The notes: generated by a model not told the origin, from the sequence alone. Numbered from the stretch's first letter, positions 53,458-61,418 are shown. The stretch: 64,000 bases of DNA from Dehalococcoidia bacterium (GCA_020850615.1 JADZEI010000066.1:1943-65942); one strand, 5' to 3'. A program made the numbers and translations.

Positions 53458-53756
53458 AAGGCGTAAAGGGGTGGAGGCGTAAAGGCGCCCACCCCCCGCC
53501 GCCGTAGCCCCCGGATTTTCGATTTTCGATTTTCGATTTTCGCCAGCACGGACGGGGTCGGCTGCGATGGCGCCGGAGACGGACGCGCACGCCGTCGAGC
53601 ATGGAGACGAGCGGTGGTTCGCATCAGCTCCGGGGCAGGCGACCATGTCGCTCTCACCGGAAATCGAAAATCGCAAATCAGGAGGGGCGGGGCTCGGCGG
53701 GGAGGGGCCCCACTCTACGCCTCTACGCCTTTACGCCTCACGCCTTCCCCGACACC
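53458..53756. repeat. ~300-bp nested imperfect palindrome (octamer arms outside, heptamer arms inside)
   Basis: Octamers 53458-53487. Heptamers GATTTTC x4-5 at 53513-53543. ~115-nt core. Inverted heptamers GAAAATC type at 53659-53680. Inverted octamers 53710-53756. Confidence 0.8.
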
Positions 53757-53802
53757 TGCCGACGTTTTCACACTTCGAGACGGAAAACGGATTGATCGGA
53801 TC

Positions 53803-53816
53803 AGAACGTATGTTCT
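53803..53816. promoter_or_regulatory. LexA-type SOS box (AGAAC-GTAT-GTTCT)
   Basis: Perfect 14-nt palindrome matching the Gram-positive/Cheo-box core GAAC-N4-GTTC (CGAACRNRYGTTYC), 49 nt upstream of ATG 53865, in a locally AT-richer stretch. It is the only such site I found in the window. Confidence 0.6.
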
Positions 53817-53864
53817 ACTCTGCGGATCCCCCACCACGGTGGAGGTCCGTCGAGAGGTGAATCA

Positions 53865-54185
53865 ATGTCCGCAATCCTTGAAGCACCCGTCCGGCGGCCG
53901 CGCATCGACGCTTTGCCGGAATACACCGAATACCAGGACGGCGGCTGCGACCTCTACCCGTCGTGCCTGACCTGCCCCCTGCCCCGCTGCCGCTACGACG
54001 ACCCGGGCGGCGCCGCGGCCATGCTCCGCACCGGGCGCGACGCCAGCATCGTCCGCCTCGCATCGCGCGATGGTTCGACTGTGGACGAGCTCGCGGCGAT
54101 GTTCGGCGTCTCCCGCCGGACCGTCTTCCGCGTCCTCCGCGCGGCCCGCGCGAACGGCGACTTCCTCCTCCGGCAGTCGGCGTGA
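53865..54185 (+). CDS. small 4-Cys + helix-turn-helix protein (putative redox/metal-sensing regulator)
   Basis: 106-aa ORF with a Cys cluster CDLYPSCLTCPLPRC (C-x6-C-x2-C-x4-C) followed by STVDELAAMFGVSRRTVFRVLR (HTH). Confidence 0.7.
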   Translation: MSAILEAPVRRPRIDALPEYTEYQDGGCDLYPSCLTCPLPRCRYDDPGGAAAMLRTGRDASIVRLASRDGSTVDELAAMFGVSRRTVFRVLRAARANGDFLLRQSA

Positions 54186-54257
54186 GTAAAGGCCCGTGGT
54201 TCTAACGAAGAACCTTCACCCCTGCGCGCCGCCCGGCCGGGTGCCGAACATCCGATC

Positions 54258-55352
54258 GTGAGAAATGATCTGCCGGGCTGGCGCGACGAGATGCTGTACG
54301 ACGAGTACGGCCGCTCGAAGTCGCGGGTTTCGACCGCGAAGATGCGCGGTCTCCTCGTCGCGGCGGTGGTCGGCATCGCCGGGATCGCGCTTGTTGGCTT
54401 CGCGATCTTCTCCGGCGGCGGCGGCGAATCCACCCCCGCGGACAGCTCGGGAGACGGCGCCGGCACGGCCCCGGACGGCAGCTCCGGCGGCCCCGCAAAC
54501 AGCGGCGGTCCCGTCAACAGCAGCAGCGCCACCGGCTCGGCGACCAGCCCGCGCACCGCGACCGCAGTCCCCACCACCGGCGGGGACGACAACCCTGAAT
54601 CGTACGAAGGCGCGGTCGATGTGCCGCCGACGGGCCTCGAATACGGGCTCGATCGCGAGCTCTTCCGCCTGCCGCTCAAGGAGTGGACCGCGCTCGGCGA
54701 CCGCTTCGGCGCGCGCCGCAACGGCGACCGCGTGCACGGCGGCCTCGACTTCCTCCTCACGAAGCACCGCTCGTCCGACATCCTCGCGGCCTGCAGCGGC
54801 ACGGTCACCGGCGGCGGCCACTCGGACCAGCTCGCCACCTTCCTCGTCGTCGATTGCGGCGGCGGCTGGACCACGGTCTACGCGTTCATCGGCGATGTGA
54901 AGGTGCAGCAGCGCGACCAGGTGGAGGCCGGCGTCACCGTCATCGCGAAGTCGGACCCGGCCGAGTCGCCCTTCGGCGAACACCTTCACTTCGAGATCCG
55001 CTGGCGCACGGTGCCGGTGGACCCGGAGCTGCTGCTCGACCTGACCGGCCAGCTCTACCTGCCGACGCCCACGCCAACGCCGGAACCATCGCCATCGCCA
55101 GAACCGTCGCCGACTCCATCGGCCACGCCGCGCGGCGGGTCGGAGGTGGGCACGGACACGCCGGGCAGCGATGAGCCAGGCACGGGCACGCCGGACAACC
55201 CGGGCACGCCCGTCCCGACGGCGCCGCCGCCCACGCCGACGAACCCGCCCACGGCGACGCCGACCCCGACGAACACCCCGGTCCCCACGCCGACGCCGAC
55301 CAGGACGCCGAAGCCGCCCACCCCCACGCCCACCCCGCGCCCGCGCCTGTAG
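54258..55352 (+). CDS. membrane-anchored M23-family peptidoglycan metalloendopeptidase with Pro/Thr-rich tail
   Basis: GTG 54258 (alternative ATG 54291). TM LLVAAVVGIAGIALVGFAIF. HGGLDF (HxxxD) and GEHLHFEI (HxH) M23 motifs. C-terminal PTPTPEPSPSP… region. Confidence 0.85.
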   Translation: MRNDLPGWRDEMLYDEYGRSKSRVSTAKMRGLLVAAVVGIAGIALVGFAIFSGGGGESTPADSSGDGAGTAPDGSSGGPANSGGPVNSSSATGSATSPRTATAVPTTGGDDNPESYEGAVDVPPTGLEYGLDRELFRLPLKEWTALGDRFGARRNGDRVHGGLDFLLTKHRSSDILAACSGTVTGGGHSDQLATFLVVDCGGGWTTVYAFIGDVKVQQRDQVEAGVTVIAKSDPAESPFGEHLHFEIRWRTVPVDPELLLDLTGQLYLPTPTPTPEPSPSPEPSPTPSATPRGGSEVGTDTPGSDEPGTGTPDNPGTPVPTAPPPTPTNPPTATPTPTNTPVPTPTPTRTPKPPTPTPTPRPRL

Positions 55353-55412
55353 GGGGCGACTGCGAGGCACGAGGCGAGCGGGCATCCGTCCCCTGCGCTC
55401 TATACTGGACGC

Positions 55413-55721
55413 ATGCGCCGGTACCAGTCGGTCCGCCGAATCGAAGCCGGGAGCGTCGCGCTCCCGGAGGAAGCTCTCGAAGCGCTCGGTGTTACCGACG
55501 GCGGCGAAGTGACGGTCGTCGTGGAAGACGGCGAGGTCCGCCTCTGCCACGCGTCGCCGGGCACCTACACCGACCCGGAAGACGGCTTCGTTTTCGGCCC
55601 CGGGCACGAGGAGCGGCTGCGCCAGGCCCTGGCCGACTACGAAAGCGGGCGGGTGGTCACGCTGACGAGCGACCGCCTGCGCCAGCTGCTCGGGGTAGCG
55701 GACGACAGCGAGGATGCCTGA
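55413..55721 (+). CDS. AbrB/SpoVT-fold antitoxin-like protein
   Basis: RRIEAGSVALPEEALEALGVTDGGEVTVVVEDGEVRL fits the swapped-hairpin AbrB pattern. Overlaps the downstream toxin gene by 8 nt. Confidence 0.65.
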   Translation: MRRYQSVRRIEAGSVALPEEALEALGVTDGGEVTVVVEDGEVRLCHASPGTYTDPEDGFVFGPGHEERLRQALADYESGRVVTLTSDRLRQLLGVADDSEDA

Positions 55722-55983
55722 TTATCCGTCGCTCATCCTGACCGACACCTTCCTTCGGAGTCTGCTCTCCCTTCGCCTCACCGCGGCCGAACAGCGACAG
55801 GTGCTCAAGTCGTTGGCGCTGCTCGAAGCGGACGAACGGCACCCCTCGCTACGCGTGCATCTGCTCCAGGGGACGATGGCAGGCACCTGGTCTGCTTCGG
55901 CTTCGGACGTGCTCCGGATCAGGTTCACGCGGGATGGGAATCGGAAAGTGCTGCTGGACGTTTCCCGGCACTACGACACCTGA
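55714..55983 (+). CDS. RelE/ParE-superfamily toxin-like protein
   Basis: 89 aa. …LLEADERHPSLRVHLLQGTMAGTWSASASDVLRIRFTRDGNRKVLLDVSRH fits the RelE/ParE pattern (L.G…WS.r…RI.f…i.LL.v..H). Confidence 0.6.
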   Translation: MPDYPSLILTDTFLRSLLSLRLTAAEQRQVLKSLALLEADERHPSLRVHLLQGTMAGTWSASASDVLRIRFTRDGNRKVLLDVSRHYDT

Positions 55984-55990
55984 GCCGCCC

Positions 55991-56782
55991 TCATGCCGGC
56001 TTCACCGCACGCGTGGCGAAGTAGCCGGGCATGTATTTTGCCGTCGCTTCGAGGCTGTGGTGCGGTGTTTCGTCGAAGGCAGTGATGACGAACCCGGCGG
56101 CGAGCTGCCCGCCGATCTGTTCGCCCAGGGTATGGCTGTACTCCACCGGCGCCGCGGGGCCCCACCGCCGCTGCACCTCCTCCAACCCGAGCGCCTCGAG
56201 GTCCGAATACGGCAGCGGGTGGCGGACGATGAGCTCGCCCCGGGCGTCCATCGCCTCGGCGTCGAAGATGTAGAGGTCCGGGTTCATGAAGCCGCAGAGC
56301 AGCGCCCCGCCCGGCCGCAACACCCGGTAGCACTCCCGCCAGACGGGCGCGAGCTCGGGGCAGAACAGGTTCGAGACCGGGTTGAAGACGAGGTCGAAGC
56401 TCGCATCGGCGAAGGCCGAGAGGTCGCGCATGTCGCCAAGCACGGTGCGCAGGACGAGCCCCTCGCGTTCGGCGACCTCCGTGTCGCGGGCGAGCTGCCG
56501 CGGCGAGTTATCGAAGACGGTCACGTTCGCACCGGCCGCGGCGAGCACCGGGCCCTGCTGCCCGCCGCCGGAGGCCAGCGCGAGCACATCGGCGCCGCGC
56601 AGCTCCGCCGGGAACCAGTCGCGCGGCACGGGCTGGTAGCCGATGAGGACGACCGACCAGTCGCCCTCCCGCGCGCGGGCGATGACACCCGGCCCGACGG
56701 GCTGCGTCCACTCGTTGCCGCCCTCGACCTGGGCATCCCAGGCGGCGCGGTTGTGGGCGACGGGATCGACGGGGCTGGTCAT
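55991..56782 (-). CDS. class I SAM-dependent methyltransferase
   Basis: VLALASGGGQQGPVLAAAGANVTVFDNS (motif I/II) and FDLVFNPVS. Confidence 0.8.
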   Translation of the reverse strand: MTSPVDPVAHNRAAWDAQVEGGNEWTQPVGPGVIARAREGDWSVVLIGYQPVPRDWFPAELRGADVLALASGGGQQGPVLAAAGANVTVFDNSPRQLARDTEVAEREGLVLRTVLGDMRDLSAFADASFDLVFNPVSNLFCPELAPVWRECYRVLRPGGALLCGFMNPDLYIFDAEAMDARGELIVRHPLPYSDLEALGLEEVQRRWGPAAPVEYSHTLGEQIGGQLAAGFVITAFDETPHHSLEATAKYMPGYFATRAVKPA

Positions 56783-56831
56783 GACGGCTCATCGTTGCTC
56801 GCGGCGAGCTGCACGTCGAGTGCTGACAGGA

Positions 56832-57446
56832 TCAGGGCTTCCATGCGCTGACATCGATCTGCTCCTCCAGCGGGAGCGTAGCGGGACTTGTCTTCCAGAA
56901 ACGGTCGGCGGCTTCGAGCGCGGCATAGTACGGCTTTTTGTCCTGGGCGATGATCTCCGGGATGGCGCGCTCGCCGGGAAGCAGAAACCCGAGTTTGGCG
57001 CAGAACACGAGGTACGAGACCGCCCGCGATGTCCGGCCGTTGCCGTTCGCAAACGGGTGAATCCAGTTGAGCCGCCACATGACGTATGCCGACAGGTGCT
57101 CCGGCGTCGCCACACCCCAGCGGTCGTTGACGTAGTCGCACATCTGCTGGAGGTAGCGCTCCACATCAATCGACGCAGGCGGCACATGGCTGGACCCGCC
57201 GATTGAGACGGCCTCACGCCGTAACTGGCCCGCATCGGGCTCCAGGCCCTGCACGGCAAGGCGCTGCAGTTCGCAGACGATCGCGGGAGTGAGATTCAGC
57301 CGGCCCGCAGAAATGGCCTCCTCGATCAGCTCGACCAGGCGATCGAACTGGAGGAGGCCGTTGTCCGCTTCGAGCGCATCGATCTCCGCATCGGACAGGG
57401 CGGGCAAGCCCTCGGGGTCGCTGCCGGTTCTAGTGGGACGCGGCAT
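56832..57446 (-). CDS. Fic/DOC-family protein (Fido domain)
   Basis: Fic motif HPFANGNGRTSR (HxFx[D/E]GNGRxxR with N at the D/E position). Its start overlaps the upstream small gene by 17 nt. Confidence 0.85.
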   Translation of the reverse strand: MPRPTRTGSDPEGLPALSDAEIDALEADNGLLQFDRLVELIEEAISAGRLNLTPAIVCELQRLAVQGLEPDAGQLRREAVSIGGSSHVPPASIDVERYLQQMCDYVNDRWGVATPEHLSAYVMWRLNWIHPFANGNGRTSRAVSYLVFCAKLGFLLPGERAIPEIIAQDKKPYYAALEAADRFWKTSPATLPLEEQIDVSAWKP

Positions 57447-57624
57447 CCCTGGTGGCGTGCGAGCTCAGGCGTTCGGCGGCCTCATCGATCGTGGCCTTCG
57501 TGATGCGCTCGTTTTCGATGTGCGTGTTGCCGTAGGCGAAGCTTCTCCGCTGCCGTTCCTTCGCGTCCTGGCTCATGCGCACGTGCCGGGCGGCGTCTAT
57601 TCGCGCTTGCAAGTCTTGATCCAC
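57430..57624 (-). CDS. VbhA-like Fic inhibitor/antitoxin (variant inhibitory motif)
   Basis: GTG 57624, 8 nt after GAGGAGG (alternatives GTG 57660, ATG 57576). ERQRRSFAYGNTHIENERIT aligns with the VbhA RR…ASQRLEG region. The motif is N-x3-E-N rather than [S/T]-x3-E-[G/N]. Confidence 0.5.
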   Translation of the reverse strand: MDQDLQARIDAARHVRMSQDAKERQRRSFAYGNTHIENERITKATIDEAAERLSSHATRDAASH

Positions 57625-57863
57625 GCTCGTTGCCTCCTCGTACCGGTTCGCCCTGTCCACCAACCTTGCGCCAACGGGCAGGGTTTGACAACCGATGACC
57701 TGGCGCACCCGATGCCCCCCACGCCTCCTGACACGGCGCTGGCAGGAGCGTAGGTTCACCCCGCGGGGCTCCTGACAGTATGGTGTCACCACGGGGATGG
57801 GAACATGGCCGCGCCGCGGCAAGAGGTGTCGCGGACATTCCCCCAACAGCGAGGACGACCACC

Positions 57864-58265
57864 ATGAACATCTCCGCGTTCACCCTCAACCTGACCAGCG
57901 ACCAGCCGGGGGCGATGATCGCCTTCTACCGTGACGTCGTGGGCCTCCCGATGCTCGCCGACATGGGCGAGGGCGCGTTCAACGCCGGCCCCGCCGTGCT
58001 CATCATCGACGGCCATTCCGAGACGCACGGCCGGGCGAAGGAGCCGCAGCGCGCGCTCATCGACCTCTTCGTCGACGACATTGATGCCGCCGAAGAGGAG
58101 CTCCGCGGCCGCGGCGTCACGTTCCTTCGCAGCAAGGGCCGCGAGTTCTGGGGCGGCATCATCTCCACCTTCGAAGACCCGGACGGGAACTACCTGCAGC
58201 TCATCCAGTACGACCCGGCGGCAGCGATGCCCGAACCAGAATTCGAGGCGGCCGCGACCGCTTGA
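57864..58265 (+). CDS. VOC-family (glyoxalase fold) protein
   Basis: ATG 57864 in ORF 57780..58265. FYRDVVGLPM… and ISTFEDPDGNYLQLIQ. Confidence 0.8.
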   Translation: MNISAFTLNLTSDQPGAMIAFYRDVVGLPMLADMGEGAFNAGPAVLIIDGHSETHGRAKEPQRALIDLFVDDIDAAEEELRGRGVTFLRSKGREFWGGIISTFEDPDGNYLQLIQYDPAAAMPEPEFEAAATA

Positions 58266-58416
58266 CCCGCATGGAGGCCACCATGCCCGCATCCGAACCC
58301 GTCTGGGCGGTCCGCCTGCCACCCGCCGAACCGTGCGAGCGCGCGGCGCCGGAGCCCGCGCCCGCGCCCCCACCGGGCCGGCCGGCGCCGCCGCCCTGGC
58401 CCCCGCGGGACCGGCG

Positions 58417-59103
58417 GTGAGGCGCGCGGACCGCCTCTTCCAGGTCATCCAGCTCCTGCGGCGAAAGCACGTCGTCACGGCGGCGTACATCGCCCGGGAG
58501 CCGGAGGTCTCCGAGCGCACCGTCTACCGCGACATTCGCGACCTCGTGCTTTCGGGCGTGCCCATCGACGGCGAAGCGGGCGTCGGCTACATGCTCCGGC
58601 GCGGGTTCGACCTGCCACCGCTGATGTTTACCGCACCCGAAATCGAAGCCATGGTCCTCGGCGCGCGCGTCGTCCAGAGCTGGGGCGACGCCCAGCTCGC
58701 GAAAGCGGCGACGGACGCGCTCGCCCGCATCGAAGCCGCCCTGCCGGACAAGCTCAAGCAGAAGATGCAGGCGACGCCGCTCTACGCGCCCGGGTTCCAC
58801 GTCCGCCCCGAGATGATGCAGCGCCTTTCGGACCTGCGCGGCGCGATCGACGGCCGCAACCGCACCTGGATGGCGTACACCGACGCCGACGGCAGCGCCA
58901 CCGAGCGCACGGTCCGCCCGCTGGGGCTGTTCTTCTGGGGGCGCACCTGGTCGCTGGCGGCCTGGTGCGAACTGCGCACAGACTTCCGGGACTTCCGCCT
59001 GGACCGCATCCGCGAGCTGCGCGTGCTCGAAGAGCGCTACGAACTCGAATCCGGCCAATCCCTCGACGACTTCTTCCGCCGCATGGACGAAGACCACGAG
59101 TAG
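58417..59103 (+). CDS. YafY-family transcriptional regulator (DeoR-type HTH + WYL domain)
   Basis: GTG 58417 in ORF 57931..59103. RADRLFQVIQLLRRKHVVTAAYIAREPEVSERTVYRDIRDL (HTH) and ERTVRPLGLFFWGRTWSLAAWCELRTDFRDFRLDRI (WYL). Confidence 0.85.
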   Translation: MRRADRLFQVIQLLRRKHVVTAAYIAREPEVSERTVYRDIRDLVLSGVPIDGEAGVGYMLRRGFDLPPLMFTAPEIEAMVLGARVVQSWGDAQLAKAATDALARIEAALPDKLKQKMQATPLYAPGFHVRPEMMQRLSDLRGAIDGRNRTWMAYTDADGSATERTVRPLGLFFWGRTWSLAAWCELRTDFRDFRLDRIRELRVLEERYELESGQSLDDFFRRMDEDHE

Positions 59104-59150
59104 CGCCACCCGGTGCCCCAAAGCACGATCCGTGCAAGAACCGGCGGAGC

Positions 59151-59885
59151 GTAGCCGCGCCCCTCGTGGGCGCTGGCGCCAGCCAAACGGATGCCGCCGC
59201 GTCAGCCAGCGCCGCCCCCACCGGCGTGTACACACGCGTCGCACAGACACGTACCATGCTCAACGTGCATTACCGGAGACCCATCCGGCTGCCCCCAGAG
59301 GTCTACGGCAACCCGGCGAACGTCTTTCACGTCGTCATCCGTGCGTTCCCCGGCCAATCGCCGTTCGAGCGGCCCGAGGTTGCTGGTGCCACCTGGGGAC
59401 TGCTGGACGAAGAGGCACGTCGCGATAGTGTGGTAATGGCGGCGGCGTGCCTGATGCCGGACCATCTGCACCTGCTGCTTCGTCCCAATCGAGGCAGCCT
59501 CGTCAGCTGGGTTGGCGCGTTCAAATCGGTTTCGACGCGCCGGGTATGGCAGACCGGCTATCGCGGCCGGCTCTGGCAACCCTCCTTCTGGGACCGTTGC
59601 CTCCGCGAGAACGAGTTCGACACGGCGAGGGCATACATCATCAACAACCCGGTTTCGGCGGGGCTGGTCGACGAGCCCGGTGACTGGCCCTGGACTGCGT
59701 GGTGGGATGACCCGGCGGATTGAGCGCGGCAGGCCCCGCCCGGGTGTGACCGTCACCGTGCCGTCCCGGGGGGTCACCGCCCTCGCTGAGCGAGCCGGGC
59801 GGTCGCGGAGCTCCCGGCCCTCGATCGAAGGCTGCCGCGGGGCATGGGTTGGGCTGACGCCAGCGCCCACGAGGGGCGCGGCTAC
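59151..59885 (+). mobile_element. REPtron: RAYT gene bracketed by inverted GTAG-hairpin REP copies
   Basis: REP class A1 forward at 59151-59194 (GTAGCCGCGCCCCTCGTGGGCGCTGGCGCCAGCCAAACGGATGC) and its reverse complement at 59842-59885, with GTAG/CTAC on the outside. Confidence 0.75.
59256..59723 (+). CDS. REP-associated tyrosine transposase (RAYT; IS200/IS605-like Y1 HUH enzyme)
   Basis: ATG 59256 in ORF 58965..59723. HUH motif in MPDHLHLLL. The catalytic-Tyr block ARAYIINNPVSAGLVDEPGDWPW matches the RAYT signature Y-x3-NPV-x-AGLV…WPW. The gene is flanked by inverted REP copies. Confidence 0.85.
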   Translation: MLNVHYRRPIRLPPEVYGNPANVFHVVIRAFPGQSPFERPEVAGATWGLLDEEARRDSVVMAAACLMPDHLHLLLRPNRGSLVSWVGAFKSVSTRRVWQTGYRGRLWQPSFWDRCLRENEFDTARAYIINNPVSAGLVDEPGDWPWTAWWDDPAD

Positions 59886-59984
59886 GCTCCGCCTGGTGGG
59901 GCGCGAGTGCCCCGCTCGCGGCGCGCCACCCTCAGGCGGGCGGGCCGGCGGGCGGATGGGCGCGGGGTCTCGTACACTCCGGGG

Positions 59985-61418
59985 ATGACGCGCTGCACGA
60001 AGATCGTGTGCACCCTGGGGCCGGCGTCTTCGGCGCCCGAGACGATCGCGGCGATGATCCGGGCGGGGATGGACGTCGTCCGGCTGAATACGAGCCACGG
60101 GGAGATCGCCGCGCACATGGCGACGCTGCGCCTGGTGCGCGAGGTCGCGCGCGCGGAAGGCCGCCACATCGCCGTCCTCGTGGACCTCGGCGGGCCGAAG
60201 CTGCGCACCGGGCGGACGAAGGGCCTCGGGCCGATCCCGCTGCTCGCCGGCGCGACGGTGACGCTGACGACGGAGCCGCTCGAAGGCACGACCGCCGCGA
60301 TCACGGTCGAATACCCGCGCCTCCAGGAGGACGTGCACACCGGCGCGCGCGTGCTCCTGGACGACGGCAAGATCGAGCTGCGCGTGGAGCAGGAGGTGCA
60401 GGGCGGGCTCGCCTGCCGCGTGGTCGTGGGCGGCGAACTGCTGCCCCGCAAGGGCGTCGCCTTCCCCGATTCGCACCTCACCCTGCCCGTGCTCACGGAC
60501 CGCGACCGCGAGGCCATCGCCGCCGGTGTCGCCGCCGGGGCTGACCTCTTCGCCCTCAGCTTCGTGCGCGATGCCGGCGACATCCAGGAGGCGCGCGCGG
60601 CCATCCGTGCGGCCGGCGGCGACACGCCCATCGTCGCGAAGATCGAGCTCCGCGAGGGCGTCGAGAACCTCGACGCGATCCTATCGGTGGCCGATGGCGC
60701 GATGGTGGCGCGCGGCGACCTCGGCGTGGAGCTCCCCCCGGAGGACGTGCCCCTGCAGCAGCGCCGGATCATCCGCGCGGCCGCGCGGCACCGCATCCCC
60801 GTGATCACGGCGACGCAGATGCTCGAGTCGATGATCGACGCCCCCCGCCCGACCCGCGCCGAGAGCAGCGACGTCGCCAACGCCGTCTGGGACCTTTCGG
60901 ACGCCCTGATGCTGAGCGGCGAGACGGCCGTCGGGCACTACGTGGTCGAAACGGTGGCGATGATGGACCGCATCATCCGGCGGGCCGAATCGGCGACGAA
61001 CGAGAACGCGCCCCCGCTTGCGCCCGCGACCGACGACCATTCCTACGTGGTGGCGCTCGCGGCCCGGCGGATCGTGGAGTCGGACGCGAACATGCGCGGC
61101 ATCGCCTGCTTCACGCGGAGCGGCTACACGGCGCGGCTCATGAGCAAGGTGCACCCGCCCGTGCCCATCTTCGCGATCACGCCCGACGAGGCGGTGGCCC
61201 GGCGCCTCTCGCTCGCCCGGAGCGTGGTCCCGCTGCTCGGCCCGGAGGTCGAGACCTCGGGCGCGATGCTGCGGATGGTGGACCAGCTGCTCGTCGAGCA
61301 CGCCTGCGCCAGCGATGGCGACGAGGTCGTGGTGGTCGCGAGCATGCCGGTGCAAACGCATGGCACGACGAACTTCCTCAAGCTGCACACGGTCGGCGAA
61401 TCGAGCCAGTACGGATGA
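59985..61418 (+). CDS. pyk: pyruvate kinase
   Basis: ATG 59985 in ORF 59844..61418. TKIVCTLGPAS…MDVVRLNTSHG…VDLGGPKLRTG…IVAKIE…MVARGDLGVE…TQMLESM. Confidence 0.95.
   Translation: MTRCTKIVCTLGPASSAPETIAAMIRAGMDVVRLNTSHGEIAAHMATLRLVREVARAEGRHIAVLVDLGGPKLRTGRTKGLGPIPLLAGATVTLTTEPLEGTTAAITVEYPRLQEDVHTGARVLLDDGKIELRVEQEVQGGLACRVVVGGELLPRKGVAFPDSHLTLPVLTDRDREAIAAGVAAGADLFALSFVRDAGDIQEARAAIRAAGGDTPIVAKIELREGVENLDAILSVADGAMVARGDLGVELPPEDVPLQQRRIIRAAARHRIPVITATQMLESMIDAPRPTRAESSDVANAVWDLSDALMLSGETAVGHYVVETVAMMDRIIRRAESATNENAPPLAPATDDHSYVVALAARRIVESDANMRGIACFTRSGYTARLMSKVHPPVPIFAITPDEAVARRLSLARSVVPLLGPEVETSGAMLRMVDQLLVEHACASDGDEVVVVASMPVQTHGTTNFLKLHTVGESSQYG

Noticed and set aside
54216-55607. 463-aa minus-strand ORF
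   Set aside because: It is antisense to the M23 peptidase, which carries HxxxD and HxH motifs on the plus strand, and its composition is Arg/Gly-rich.
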